Part shown: in pieces, positions 1-13,878 of the stretch | Layout of the letters: each line of letters begins with the position of its first letter | Numbering within the stretch: the stretch's first letter is position 1 | Source: Octopus vulgaris | Lineage: Eukaryota | Direction: 5' to 3' | DNA: 64,000 nt | Assembly: GCA_951406725.2 (NCBI GenBank) | Contig: OX597833.1 | Location: 68,758,001 to 68,822,000, forward strand | Made by a program: the position numbers and the translations under genes | Notes under the pieces: model-generated | Told to the model about the DNA's origin: nothing | The model's database searches: none | What the model saw: the letters and a program-made list of their open reading frames with translations, nothing else

Positions 1-867
1 AGCCCATCTTTTATACCAATACATTATTATTATTATTATTATTATAACTGAAATTTGCTCCAAGTCAAAACAGTCGCCGTTTTGTATTAAATATCTCGAA
101 TTGAGCAACATTACATTATCCTAACTTGCAGCAGAATATTGTATCTATTCATGGCTTGCACTAACCACGTGTTTACGTAGCAAATCTTTTAACAACACAG
201 TCTTGCCCGAGTCTATAGAAAGCAATTTGATTATACAAACGTTAATTAAAACGTTAATTAGAGTTCGGCTCTCGTTGAGTAATATAGGTTTTTCTTCATT
301 ACATCAATTCAGAATTTTCGCTATTTCATTTTCAATTGTGTCAATGAGAACTGCTAGCATTTGTTTGGTTAATATATTGTGTATGATCACATCTGTAGGA
401 ATCGTTCGAAAGAAAACGAAAGTGTTTTAATATAAAGCGAATAGTAGTATAACGACAGCAATAACAAACTAACCAACCAACCGACAGACCGACCACTTAG
501 TCAAGCGACCACTCTCTATATTGTGTAATATATAACAGATGAAAGATAACAAATAAAGGAAATAAGAGAAACTGAAACAATTAAGATTATATAACAGATA
601 TTATTGCTTTAGGCTTCGTTTCTTCGAAGTCTTTGTGAGAATTAGTCACGCTTTTGTTAGCGTCAAAAGATAAAAAGTAAATGAAAATATAAAAGGAGAA
701 AGAAAAAAAAAATAATTGCGTGTGTATCGCTCACTGAATTCTGTTTTGTTTCAGCGAATGAGAATTAAAACTTTGGTTCTGAGATTATAAAATGAGACTC
801 GACCAAAATGTGTCGATCATATTCGGAGCCAGAATAAAATACATCCTGCCATCATGTTTGTGGTTAC

Positions 868-1085
868 GGTGTGTGTGCGTGTGTGTGTGCATGTGTGTGT
901 GCATGTGTGTGTGCATGTGTGTGTGCATGTGTGTGTGCATGTGTGTGTGTGTGTGTATGTGTATGTGTGTGTCTGTGTGTGTGTGTATGTGTGTGTGTGT
1001 GTGTGTCTCTGTGTGTCTGTGTATGTGTGTGTGCGTATCTCTGTGTGTGTGTGTGTGTATGTATGTGTGTCTGTGTGTATGTGTG
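868..1085. repeat. (TG)n-rich microsatellite
   Basis: Direct inspection. Confidence 0.95.
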
Positions 1086-1474
1086 ATTAAAGCAGAGATC
1101 AAAGAGGTTGGTATGGTGCTGCAAGACGGCAAGAATTTGTATTGTTCAGAAACTTTTTCTGGAAAGACTAGAAATACAATGCGTTCAAATGTGGAAAACT
1201 CAACGTTTCGGATAGAGGATCTTCTTCAATGAAAAGTTGACAGAAGTGAAATTAACGACTTGGAGGCTTTTACATCTAATTATGTTTGAGAAACTGGTTG
1301 CAATCGTCGAAATACATATGGCCATGTAAACATCATTAGTAGAGAGACACTCACACACACGCACATATATATTTACGAACTGTCTGCAACTTTCACGTAG
1401 GAACATCTGAAGTATTCAATGGACTTTTTATATGAATGAGTATTCCAAGAAAATTCAACTAATCAGCGTTTTAT

Positions 1475-1873
1475 ACTCTTTTACTCGTTTCAGTCATTTG
1501 ACTGCGGCCATGCTGGAGCACCGCCTTTAGTCGAGCAAATCGACCTCGGGACTTATTCTTTGTAAGCCCAGTACTTATTCTATCGGTCTCTTTTGCCGAA
1601 CCGCTAAGTGACGGGGACGTAAACACACCAGCATCGTTTGTCAAGCAATGATAGGGAGACAAACACAGACACACAAACACACACACACACATATATATAT
1701 ATACATATATACGACACGCTTCTTTCAGTTTCCGTCTACCAAATCCACTCACAAGGCATTGGTCAGCCCGGGGCTATAGCAGAAGACATTTGCCCAAGAT
1801 TCTACGCAGTGGGACTGAATCCGGAACCATGTGGTTGGTTAGCAAGCTACTTACCACACAGCCACTCCTGCGC
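1475..1873 (-). mobile_element. tRNA-headed SINE family A (CORE-like segment, internal TA/TG microsatellite)
   Basis: Minus strand: ggcgcaggagtggctgtgtggtaag (A box) ... ggattcagtccc (B-box-like) ... cttgggcaaatgtctt ... ggtgctccagcatggccgcagtcaaatgactgaaac; several near-identical copies in the window. Confidence 0.85.
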
Positions 1874-2068
1874 CATACGTAATGCCATTTCACGTCTTTC
1901 CTATTAAAAACCCAAATTCTTTGTAGAATAATGGGATAGCCAAATATACCTTTGCTTAGAGTTATTGCTTTACAAAAGTTCCCCCACCCCGTCCCCAGAA
2001 TCGAATTATTTTACGTATATTATAATATTATTCATTAGAACTAATTTTTCCTTTGCTTTTCGTTACAG

Positions 2069-2140
2069 CTGAAGATCCAGTAAAGGTAAATGTACAAAAG
2101 GAAGACACCCTCAAATTGAGATGCGGCGTTGAAAACTTCA
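2069..2140 (+). CDS. Internal exon A of Ig-superfamily adhesion gene (3 Ig + FN3); N-terminal half of Ig1
   Basis: Acceptor ttttcgttacag, donor gtaagt; phase 1-1; encodes EDPVKVNVQKEDTLKLRCGVENF (B-strand LxC); joins in frame to 10140. Confidence 0.85.
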
Positions 2141-2244
2141 GTAAGTACACATACAGGCTTTTTATACCTGTATATACTTATATATTTTGTGTGTGCGTGC
2201 GTGTCTGTGTGTATGTATATCACGTGATCACGTGATATATAGCC

Positions 2245-2650
2245 AAAACAATGCAAAAACGAAAACCCAATAAGACACGTCGATGGTTCGCATTATTACC
2301 TGGTAGTATGATGCTAGCAGACAGAGACTGAGGCACAGAGTGATATGTTGACGGATACACATAATTGCGACTGTTGGTAAAACTGTTTCTTGAAATCATT
2401 TCACAGGGCATTGACGCAAGGCATCCAAACATGAGTCACCTTTCATTAGATATAAGGTATCTAAAACAATGCAAAAAGCGAAAACCCAACAAGACACGTC
2501 GATGGTTCGCATTATTACCTGGTAGTATGATGCTAGCAGACGGAGACTGAGGCACAGAGTGATATGTTGACGGGTAAACATAATTGCGACTGTGGGTGAA
2601 ACTGTTTCTTAAAGTCATTCCACAGAGTATTGACGCAAGGCATCCAAACA
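2245..2650 (+). repeat. Local tandem duplication (about 187-bp unit, period 218)
   Basis: 2245-2431 and 2463-2650 are near identical. Confidence 0.92.
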
Positions 2651-3360
2651 GATACCATCATGTTGGTTGAAGTCATAACTATTGTTAGGCGTTATTTTTG
2701 AAGACTGGCAATATCTGTCAGAGCGATTACTTTTATGAAGACTAGAATCTAGACATTTACTAACGTTCAGACATCTACCATAAATTGATGGAGGTATTAC
2801 ATTTCATTAATAGTCTCGGAAGAATTAATTTTCGTTTTTATTTAGCGAGATTCATCAATTATTAAAAAAAATATTTTCTATATGAAATTTTCTAAATCTG
2901 AATTTATATATTTCTTTAGATTTACTGTCAATGTTTTATTTTAAATCTGTCTTGAACGAATATAAAATTCAGAAAAACTAATAATATTATTCTCATTGTT
3001 GCACATAAATAACAAAAGAAAACTAATTGAAAAATAAAGATTTCTCTTTTTCTTTTAATTAGTTCATGTAATCAAATTTTCTTTAATTTGATATTCATGT
3101 TTACTCTTAGCGAAATAATTTGTCTGTTGATTCTGTACAGTGGTAAGTGCGCAGATGTGTTTCGTACCTCGGAAGCTCGCTTCGCGGGTGCAAGGCACCT
3201 TGGGATATCGATTTTCTTTATCCTTGTTTCCTGTTGACTGTTGTTTTGTAAGTGAAATTTGGAGGACGGAAACTGCATCGAATCCTTCTGTAGTGTAAAT
3301 TCCCCTTTATGCTCTTTGGTCTTTCATATAATCCGTTACCCTATTTTGCATAAATACCTA

Positions 3361-3591
3361 TTTCTTTACTACCCACAAGGGGCTAAACACAGAGGGGACA
3401 ACCAAGGAGACACATACATTGATTAAGTCGATCACATCGATCCCAGTGCATAACTGGTACTTAATTTATCAACCCCGAAAGGATGAAAGGCAAAATCGAC
3501 TTCGGCGGAATTCGAACTCAGAACGTAACGGCAGACCAAATACGGCTTCGGATTTCGCCCGGCGTGCTAACGATTCTGCCAGCTTGCAGCC
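3361..3591 (-). mobile_element. tRNA-headed SINE family B (Nin/Deu-like central motif) with 20-bp TSD
   Basis: B box gagttcgaattcc on minus; cctttcatcctttcggggttgataaattaagtaccag motif; TSD ctattttgca(t/c)aaataccta at 3341-3360 and 3594-3613. Confidence 0.85.
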
Positions 3592-4249
3592 CTCTATTTT
3601 GCACAAATACCTAAGCTCAGTATAACTTTAATAGAGATATCATTTCAGCATTCATTCTTGTGTATTGTTTGATCTGAAAATATTTTTTTTATGAAAGGCC
3701 TGGAAGAAGCCATAACCAAGTGTAATACTGGCTGTTCTTTTTCCACCATTAAAGAACAAAATGTCATAAACTTACCTGCTTTATTTCTCATTCTTTCCAA
3801 TATTTTCAAATATTGGACTAGAGCTATAAACGTGACACAGGCATTAAAGGATTTTCCTTATGCATATCGATATATGTGCCTGTTTCTGCAAGGTACATAT
3901 TTATCAATATCGATCTATCGCAGCTCTAGCACAAGCGATATGTTGGGAGAAGTCATAAACAGTTCTAGAAACATATGCAATTCAACACGCAGTTATTGAG
4001 AAAAAAGAGTGTGCAACAAAGGACGTATCCGTACTCTATCAGTTGGAGAGATCTTTCTCAGAGACAGCAATACACAGAATTTCTTATTAAGTTTCATTGC
4101 TTGTAATGAAAAAGAGTTTGCACTCATGTTATTTTGGGCTCCATGGCTCCCAGAGGCACACTTCGCATGTATCATGTGCTATACCCTCTAGTCAACCAAT
4201 GTCTTTTCAGAGAATTTCCGAGACGAAAAATGTGTGGAATGTTGTCTCA

Positions 4250-4298
4250 CTCACACACACACACACATATGTATATATATACATATGTACATATATGC

Positions 4299-4339
<41 letters not shown>

Positions 4340-4352
4340 TGCATATATATAA

Positions 4353-4395
<43 letters not shown>

Positions 4396-4835
4396 TATAT
4401 ACAAATATATATATATATATATATACATATACACATATATATAAATACATATATATATATATATACATATACACATGTATGCATATATATAAATACATAT
4501 ATATACACATATGCATATATATAAATACATATATATACACATATGCATATATATAAATACATATATATATATACATATACACATGTATGCATATATATAA
4601 ATACATATATATATACACATATGCATAAATACAAATATATATATATATATATACATACATATACACATATATGCATATATATACACATTTATGCATATAT
4701 ATAAATATATATATATACATATACACATATATACACATTTATGCATATATATAACTATATATACATACATATATATGTGTGTATATATATATATGTACAT
4801 ATGTGCATATGTGTGTGTGCGCGCGCGTGTGTGTT
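4250..4835. repeat. Compound (TA)/(CA) microsatellite
   Basis: Direct inspection. Confidence 0.95.
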
Positions 4836-5124
4836 TAATTTTAGATTAAGCCCCCCCCCCCGCTCCTAGTTCCTGTTAGAACAAAGATTTACCATCCGTA
4901 ATGGACACTTATACACAGTTTGAATCGATAACATTTCTGTCCACCATTTCCACGTTCCCACAATCAAAAGTCCTTTTATCTATCTCTTCAAAGCTGCATG
5001 CTTCTCTTCTAACGTAATCTTATCTCTTGTCAGCAATATTTTCTTTCGGAAACTAAGTCCCTCATTTTTCTTTTCTCCGTTCCACTCACTCATTCATCAA
5101 TATTACCGCCTTTATTTTCTCATT

Positions 5125-5537
5125 TCATTATTGCCCAAAAGGGGCTAAACATAGAGGGGACAAACAAGGACAGACAAAGGGGTTTGGTCGATTACATCGA
5201 CTACAGTACATAAATGGTATTTAATTTATCGACCCCGAGAGGATGAGAGGTAAAGTCGACCTCGGCGGAATTTGAACTCAGAACGTAGCGGTAGACGAAA
5301 TACCTATTTCTTTATTACCCCCAAGGGGATAAACACAGAGGGGACAAACAAGGACAGAAATAGATATTAAGTCGATTACATCGACCCCAGTGCGTAACTG
5401 GTACTTAATTTATCGACCCCGAAACGTTGAAAGGCAAAGTCGACCTCGGCAGAATTTGAACTCAGAACGTAGCGGCAGACGAAATACCGATAAGCATTTC
5501 GTCCGCCGTGCCTACGTTTCTGTCACCTCGCCGCCTT
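5125..5537 (-). mobile_element. SINE family B tandem dimer
   Basis: One head plus two body units joined at gacgaaatac|ctatttcttta. Confidence 0.82.
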
Positions 5538-5792
5538 TATTTTCTCTCCAAGCTTTTCAAACAATCATATTCCTACCCAACCTATTAGTCATGCACATCT
5601 TTTTTATCATGAATCATCGACTGTCACTCATCGTCCTTTAGAAGCTGCTCCCCTTATTTGAACCTTACCCCTTCAATAATGCACCCCGAATATGTCCCAT
5701 TGATACCCTTTTCCTTTTCTATCGTTATAACGGGCGTCATGCATGCATCTATATATTTTCTTCATTGCGTAAAGCACTATCTTTAAATTTGT

Positions 5793-6170
5793 GGAGACGC
5801 AATGGTTAGGGCAGCGGACTCGCGGTCATAGGATCGCGGTTTCGATTCCCAGACCGGGCGTTGTGAGTGTTTATTGAGCGAAAGCACCTAAAGCTCCACG
5901 AGGCTCCGGCAGGGGATGGTGGTGATCCCTGCTGTACTCTTTCACCACAACTTTCTCTCACTCTTACTTCCTGTTTCTGTTGTACCTGTATTTCAAAGGG
6001 CCGGCCTTGTCACTCTGTGTCACGCTGAATATCCCCGAGAACTACGTTAAGGGTACACGTGTCTGGAGTGCTCAGCCACTTACACGTTAATTTCACGAGC
6101 AGGCTGTTCCGTTGATTCGGATCAACCGGAACCCTCGTCGTCGTAACTGACGGAGTGTTTCCATCCATCC
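5793..6170 (+). mobile_element. tRNA(Arg-like)-headed SINE family C with 14-bp TSD and (CCAT)n tail
   Basis: Head ggttagggcagcggactcgcggtc...ggtttcgattccc; TSD atctttaaatttgt at 5779-5792 and 6171-6184. Confidence 0.85.
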
Positions 6171-7056
6171 ATCTTTAAATTTGTTATGTTATTTTAAAAT
6201 TACAATATGTTTGCTCGTGGTGGCGTGAAATGGGATCGAACATGAGACTCTTGGTATTGCAAACAAAACTTATGAACCGTATAATGCCGCTATAATATAT
6301 ACAACTGTGAAAATGGAGATATTATTGATAATTTGAGCAATAAATTGTAGATTAGTCGTCTAACAATTATAGATATCTGAAGTGAATATTCTGTATTGAA
6401 ATCCGGCTCAACTGTTCTGATTAGTTTTATAGTTAGGAATTAACATAAAAGAAATTACCAACCGAGCAGTGAACATTGATTGTGGTTTAGAAACCCAGAT
6501 AAGATGGAAAACTCAAAGTATTTGAAAAGAAGAAAACTTGCAAATCGAACTTTAAGCTAACTAAAATGTTCAATAAATGTTAGGATAATTACATAGCAGC
6601 TAGCTTTTACATATTGTTTACTCCTTCTCTACCTCCTGCCTATAGAAGTAAGACGCAATATAATTACAAAATGTTCGTAGAAGCCGCGTATGTAGTATTG
6701 TTGCGCTAAGAATGTCTGTATTAGGTGTGAGTGTCTGCAAGAGTATTATTAACCGATACAAATTAAATGTCTGGAAAATAACAAAAGGAACATAGGGTAG
6801 ATGTTATAAGAAGCACTAATACGTGAACGTAAATTAAATCTTGGAAAGAAGCCAACTACTGAGCAAAGAATTAAAAGAAATATGTAAAGAAATAAAACGA
6901 AATCGTTTTAAAATAGGAATGAAATATGTGTGTTTTTTTTTATTATGAAATAAATTTGCCAGCGGCAAAATACATAGTTTTCTCTTCCAAGGTCATGGTT
7001 AAGATATTCACAAAATGAACCAATAAATAGTAATAAAAAACTAACACCTACCGACA

Positions 7057-7100
7057 TAGGTAGATAGATAGGCTGGTAGATAGATAGATAGACACTTATG

Positions 7101-7135
<35 letters not shown>

Positions 7136-7282
7136 GTTGGTAGAGAGATAGATAGATACTTAGGTAGATAGATAGACGCATAGGTAGATAGATACATACA
7201 TACATACATACATAGGTAGTTTGGTAAATTTATAGATAGATAGCTGGATAGATAGATAGATAGCTGGATAGATAGATAGATA
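7057..7282. repeat. (AGAT)n tetranucleotide repeat
   Basis: Direct inspection. Confidence 0.9.
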
Positions 7283-7592
7283 AGTTTCTTTATTGGCCAC
7301 ACAGGGCTGCACACAGATGGGACACGTTACAAGGTAGAGCTTTTCTTTTGGGGGATGAAAAAAAAACAACAAAAAAGAAAAGAATAAAAAAAAGGGCGGC
7401 GTAGGTTTTCGATCAAAAGGGATCGTAAAAGGGAAAAAAGAACAAAAAAAAGGAAAAGAAAAAAACAAAAGAGGGAAAAGGAACAAAAGAAAAGAAAAAT
7501 GAAAAAAAGAAGAAAACAGGGGAAGAAGAAAACGATCAATAGGGATCGTGTATCACAGTCTCATGATGTATGGTGTAAAGGGGAAAGCAAGT

Positions 7593-7628
<36 letters not shown>

Positions 7629-8892
7629 CAGATAGATGCGTGTGTATATGAATTTATGTGCATATGAATGAATTGATCGCTGTGTGAATATATGATATTA
7701 ATAGATGGATGGAATATGAGACGAAACGCAATTAAAGAACACACAGTTTAGCATATTCCCCAAAACACATAGGTACAAACAAATACAATTATTTTAATCT
7801 AGCGCTGCGCTTCGTCAATATGTACAGTGTTGTATTAATTCAGTTAATTAATCGCGATATATTATATATTAATTTCTTTAGTTAAACCAATTATTTTAAA
7901 ATTAGTTTGAAGTAATTATTTTAAAATCGTGTTCCGAAAATATGTAAACGCAAGAAAATGTCTCAGAGCAACATACTGCGGAAGCGGTCTTGTTAGAAAT
8001 AGTAGTCAAATCCTTCTGAAATCTGGTTTGAAATCGATACATTTGAATGTGTAGTTTTGAAGATATATTATTCTTTCTTAAAAACAAGAAATGATGGACA
8101 CGGATGGAAAACGATTATTCAACAAGGGTGGGCAATCAGTGCTTCTGTATATTCGGTCGATTTGCTATAAATAGCAGAGAGACCCTTCCCACTACCTTTC
8201 ATACTCTCTTTAAAATGTTACATATTTTAAAGATGGTTTTAGTAAAGCTGTAACCTCTTTAGTGAAAGTTCTATTGTCTCATTTCTGATCTGGAGCCAAG
8301 AAGAAAAAAACAAACAAAAACAATATGAGTAATAGCAACATTACTGTAGAAATCAATAAAAAAGAATAATAAAATGAGACCCGATGGTGGTGGCCTCTAT
8401 TCATGGTTGAACCTCCTCACGTCAAACTAAAATTGTAATTCTGGCCAAGTTAATCAAAACTTCTGTCACGAATAACATCAATATGAGCTGCAACAACAAT
8501 AACCGCAGCAGCAATAACAATGGTGAAACATTTGTTGGAGTCAAACTTCAAACCTCTATAAGCCTGCTTTATTGGCTAAAATTCATTCCCAATTTTTGGG
8601 TGTTTTTTTGTCTCAATACTGGTGTTAAACTTATCTAGCTCCTTACTCGTTTGCTTGATTCAGTCATTTGACTGGAGCACAGAACAACCAAATTAGTTAA
8701 GAAAAATTGACTCAATGGAATGAACAAGATGAAGACAATGGACACGAGGGCAGTTTTCTTATTGCGATACGGCGTAGGTGTCCTTAGATGTTCAAAGAAC
8801 AAACTTCAAGAAATGAATGAAAAAAACAAAACAGAAAATGATGATAATTACCAAGGAACCTGCGCTCAGAAAGCGATATTGATAGATTTATG

Positions 8893-9127
8893 AAGGCGGC
8901 GAGCTGGCAGAAACGTTAGCACGCCGGATGAAATGCGTAGCCGAATTTCGCCTGTCGTTACGTTCTGAGTTCAAATTCCGCCGAGGTCCACTTTGCCTTT
9001 CATCCTTTCGGGATCGATTAAATAAGTACCAGTTACTCACTGGAGTCGATATAATTGACTTAATCCGTTTGTCTGTCCTTGTTTGTCCCCTCCATGTTTG
9101 GCCCCTTGTGGGTAGTAAAAGAAATAG
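8893..9127 (+). mobile_element. SINE family B copy with TSD
   Basis: ggcggcgagctggcagaaacgttagc head, gagttcaaattcc B box; flanking gatattgataga direct repeat. Confidence 0.87.
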
Positions 9128-9767
9128 ATATTGATAGAATTATATGCCTAGGGAACACGGGAGGAAGAAGCCTCATATGACGTAAGATCTCTGTTGCCAA
9201 CGAGAACAGTCTGGAATGGCACCTAAGTCAGCAAAATTGTTTTTATATGGTGGTGAGCTGGCAGAGTCTCTACCAACGTCAGACAAAATGCTTAGAGGTA
9301 TTCATTCCAACTAATTACGTTCTGAGTTCAAACTCCACCAAGATCGATTTTGGTGTGTCGTTCTTTACGTTTCGAGAAAAGAAGCATCAATCAAACAAGC
9401 TCTGAGGTTGATGTTATCGACTAACCCATCCCCACGAAATTTCAGGCCTTCTGCTTATGCAGGTGGGGGTCCAGTTAGAATTATTTTCTTCAGGTCAAGA
9501 AGCCCTCCCCGCTCAAATGGCCCTGGAATTAAGGTTGTTTACGGATGTTGAACGAAATAACCCTGTTTCCCGTATTGAAGTATTCAAACTCCAAAGAATT
9601 CCTATGAACATACGGCTATAATGCTCCCCCATTAATTCTGCTCATGATCAGAGATGCACATGGATCATTCTTGCCACACTGTCATGGGGTCTTATGTATT
9701 GGCGGTGTGCCAATTTCGGTCATTGGCTAAGGATTTGCTCCTCTCACCATACATTCTATACTTGTCG

Positions 9768-9801
<34 letters not shown>

Positions 9802-10139
9802 GATATTGCGCGCTACTCCTTTCTTGCAATCTTTGATTACGCGTTCGTTTTCGACTTGAATTTCATTTTTTATTTTTATATCAAAATTATTTCCTATGCG
9901 TTCAACATCTAAGATTTCTGTCTTTTGTATTCTGCCCATTTTCGGAAAGTTGCGGGCTTTTTCTCTAATGCAAGGTTCAGCCATTCTTCCTCGTATCTTA
10001 AATAATATCAAACATTATCATCGATCACATTTGCTTTTTTCTTTTCTCTTATTGAAACCGCTTACAGTTTGGTCATTTAAAAATCATCTCAAGTAATCTA
10101 TAATTATGTTATAACAACGTGCTATTCTTTTTTCTTCAG

Positions 10140-10337
10140 AAGGCGGAAGTATCTTCTGGAAGAGGGGCAAAATCATCCTGTCGTATGGCAAAGAAATTTT
10201 CCAAGATGCCGACCGTATTTCAATAGTGGATGATTTGACTATTCAAATTGAAAATGTCACATTGGAGGATGAAGCCGTCTACGAATGCCAAGTGCCTATA
10301 ACCAGCATGCAATATTTTATTGACGTTACTGTCACAA
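10140..10337 (+). CDS. Exon B; C-terminal half of Ig1
   Basis: tttttcttcag / gtaagt; KGGSIFWKRGKIILSYGKEIFQDADRISIVDDLTIQIENVTLEDEAVYECQVPITSMQYFIDVTVT with Ig Trp and DxxxYxC motif; not in ORF track. Confidence 0.92.
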
Positions 10338-11494
10338 GTAAGTGAAACACATTTTTATTAATATTATCTTTCATATATTGAGTCAAAACTATTGAAAAGG
10401 TTGCAAGACGCAACGAATATTTTAGGACAATAAAAATAAGAAAAATGTGGAAATTTTACCGGTAAGTGTGTTATACAATAAGGCACAAAAAGAAAATGAC
10501 TCTCCCCAGACACAAAAAGCATGGATAGTTTTTCTAAATTTGGTTATACTGAGACAAAGGCTCTGATAGTAAAATACAAAACAATTATGCACTAAAATTT
10601 GCATATAAATTCATGCATATGTTCATATATGCATACACAAAGACATATAGTTGTTTAAAAAAGGTTAAGGTGTTTACAAATATGAAATACATATAGTATT
10701 GTGTTACATAAATTGATCCAGAATCAGGTTTGGGATTAGTGTAATTTTTTTTTAATGGCTACTGAGTATTTGTTTAATGTATATCTTTTTGAGATGAAAT
10801 ATCTTGTAGTTACAAAATAATTCGAATAACAATATGCCTGATAGTTTTCTTTCATGCAGAATTCCTTTTATACCTTGTTGTTCGAAATATTATTGGAACT
10901 AAAGAAATTGAAGAAAAAAACATTTTAGCAATGTTGCTCGTTATAAACATGAAAAATTTGGCGAGTACCTATCAATGTAGACAATTATATTTTGATACAT
11001 GGGCCGCTAGAAGTAGAGAATTCCGAGGGAGAATTTACGGCTGAGGAATTTCAACTACAAGCTTCTTTATAGGATCCAGTTAGCTCAAGACATCATCAGG
11101 AGGAACCACGTCCGGTATCGGCCCCTACTCCTCTACGGTTTTGACATGGCGGGGCCTCGCTTTCGGAGGTGTCTTCAGCTCTGGTGTTGGGTTCAAGTCT
11201 TTTTTCTCCTTCTTTCTTCTGTTCCCTGGCCTCTTCAATGTAGCGTCAACGAGTGTCAGCGGGCGACTGACTGTCTTGTCAATTTTCCCTTTAAATACCT
11301 GCTGCTAGTCTCTAATAAGAATGGATACCTGTGGTAAAATGCTCCTCCATACTATACGTTTGAATAGGATGGGTTGGGGTGGTTATATGTGTAATATATT
11401 CAGGTCATATTATTGTTCGATCGGAGACCGACCACATCGCAACTGGACAGCAGTAAATTAATACCAAAGAGTAAATTGCCGTGCAACCTCTTCA

Positions 11495-11938
11495 TCTTTC
11501 TCTATATAAACTGCAGTTTGTCTGTATGTGTGTCTGTCAGTTTGTACCCTCACCCTGACCATGGCTTTCAACTGATTCTGATGAAACTTGACACACACAT
11601 GGCCCAATGTCATAATTCAAAACTAACGTAGCGAAAATTTTGAACAGTTCACCCAGTTCTGAAAAAATCGATAAATTCGACATGGGGTCGAGAATCTGAG
11701 CTTTTTATATGCAACACATTTTCTGGGCTGTACGTGTTGGGAGGCGCAATGATGTTTTCATGTTTTCGCACAAAGGGACAGCTAGGAACATCGTATACAC
11801 AGAAGTATTCGAGTGAAGAGAAGACATTGCAACCTACACATGCGTCTTCGTTCCCTAGAGGGAAAGGACTAGGTTGGGATTAGTCGTTGCCTACTAGGGG
11901 CCCTTACATACCCGGGCAACACCGGGCTATGCTGCTAG
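11495..11938 (+). mobile_element. Non-autonomous Helitron
   Basis: 5' A|TC start (tctttctctatataaa), 3' hairpin cccgg-gcaaca-ccggg (11911-11926), CTAG|T end; no TSD. Confidence 0.75.
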
Positions 11939-11974
11939 TTAACAATAAAGAGCGACCATATCTCCGTAATGTCG

Positions 11975-12348
11975 GTTTCAAATTTTGAACAAGATCAACA
12001 AATTCGGGCGAGGACTTAAGTCGATTTAACCAACCTCAGTTCTAAACTAGCACTTATTTTATTGACGCCGAAAGGATGAAAATTAAAGATACCCTCAGCG
12101 GAATTTGAACTCAGAACGTAGCAAAATGTCTAATTCTTTACTACCCACAAGGGGCTAAATACAGAGGGAACAAACAAGTACAGACACACGGATTAAGTCG
12201 ATTACATCGATCCCAGTACGTCACTAGCACTAATTTTATTGACGCCGAAAGGATGAAAATTAAAGACAGCCTCAGCGGAATTTGAACTCAGAACGTAACA
12301 AAATGTCGCTAAGCATATTTGTCGGCGTGTTAACGATTCTGCCTCCTT
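11975..12348 (-). mobile_element. SINE family B diverged tandem dimer
   Basis: Two gcggaatttgaactcagaacgta units about 180 bp apart. Confidence 0.75.
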
Positions 12349-12789
12349 TATTGTTATTGAATATCAGCTATCATGTCTAAATCTGTGTTGTTTCGGATTT
12401 CTTTATTGTGTTATCAGTTTTAGAATCTTTCAATTACTTCTGTAATTCGGATTATTTTTCAGGTAAATAATAATGACTATCTTCAACTTCGATAAAAAAA
12501 AAAACACTTCAATGAATAAATGTTAGTAGGTATAGATTGGGAGTTGTTAAGTATGCAGGGAACACCTGATTACAATTGGCAAAATTGGAATGAAGTGGCA
12601 ATCTTATTAGAAGTTTTATGTTATTTAATATTATATATCTGCATAAAAAAAGAAATGTTATATGTAAATATCATTACGAATACAAATAACATTAAAAATA
12701 TTTTCATTACCTGTGAAAATAAACAGATGTCCACTATAATAGAAAAACATTTAAATGCTGTGCGAATATATATATGACTATACACACAA

Positions 12790-12844
<55 letters not shown>

Positions 12845-13140
12845 CACGCATATCATGTTTAATACACCTTATTAAAGATTGCTACGAAACTGAGAATGTT
12901 TTACAGGCTTTCGCTCGAAAAAACAAAATTGTATATAATCCCGCAGAATGATTAAATTACATTTGAGTAGTATTTATATTATCAGTGAACATCTGTTCAT
13001 TATCAAAGGTAATGGAATAAATTTCACTGTATGCATGTTATCACATATGTGTGCCTGTGCATCTCTGTATATATATATATATATATATATTTTTGTGTGC
13101 AAGTATATATATATATATCATCATCATCATTTTGCATCCG

Positions 13141-13179
<39 letters not shown>

Positions 13180-13490
13180 TATATATATGTGAATATATAT
13201 ATATATATGAATATGTACATATATAAGGATATATATGTGTGTGTGTGTGTGTGTATAAACATTCACATATATGTGTATATCATATATATCAATACAATCC
13301 TACACATGCATATACATTGCTCTCTCTCTCTCTCTCTCTCGCTTTATCTCTCCGGCTATATGCACACGCACAAATATATACACACATGTGCGATTCTGTA
13401 TATTACGTCGATCATTTTTGTTTTGTTTTCCTTCTTATGTATAAATATACTTTTCAAACTAAAGCCGATGTGTCATTTATTTTATTGCAG

Positions 13491-13612
13491 TTCCGCCGAG
13501 CGTTGAGATCCTTCGAAACACCGGCGAGCGTATTGTTATGCTGTCTGATCCCCTGTCTATTGACTGTGTTGGCACTGGAAAACCAGATCCCGATATTACT
13601 TGGACAAAGAAC
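13491..13612 (+). CDS. Exon C; N-terminal half of Ig2 (I-set)
   Basis: ttttattgcag / gtaagt; IPPSVEILRNTGERIVMLSDPLSIDCVGTGKPDPDITWTKN (CxxxGxPxPxIxW); phase 1-0. Confidence 0.93.
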
Positions 13613-13658
13613 GTAAGTATAAGTATTAAATTCCAATGATATTATTTATTTTTTATAT

Positions 13659-13878
13659 AAGGTGGAGAGCTGGCAGAAATGCGTAGTCGAACTTCGTCTG
13701 CGGCTACGTTCTGAGTTCAAATTCCGCCGAGGTTGACTTTGCCTTTCATCCTTTCGGGGTCGATAAATTAAGTACCAGTTATGCACTGGGGTCGATGTAA
13801 TCGACTTAATACCTATGTCTGTCCTTGTTTGTCCTCTCTATGTTTAGCCCCTCGTGGGTAGTAAAGAAATAGGTATTC
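13659..13878 (+). mobile_element. SINE family B copy
   Basis: Matches 8893-9127; 46 bp downstream of exon C donor. Confidence 0.85.

Noticed and set aside
5793-5860. tRNA gene calls for the SINE heads (also 42574-42638, 29531-29605)
   Set aside because: No complete cloverleaf or acceptor stem; they continue into repeat bodies, with TSDs in some copies
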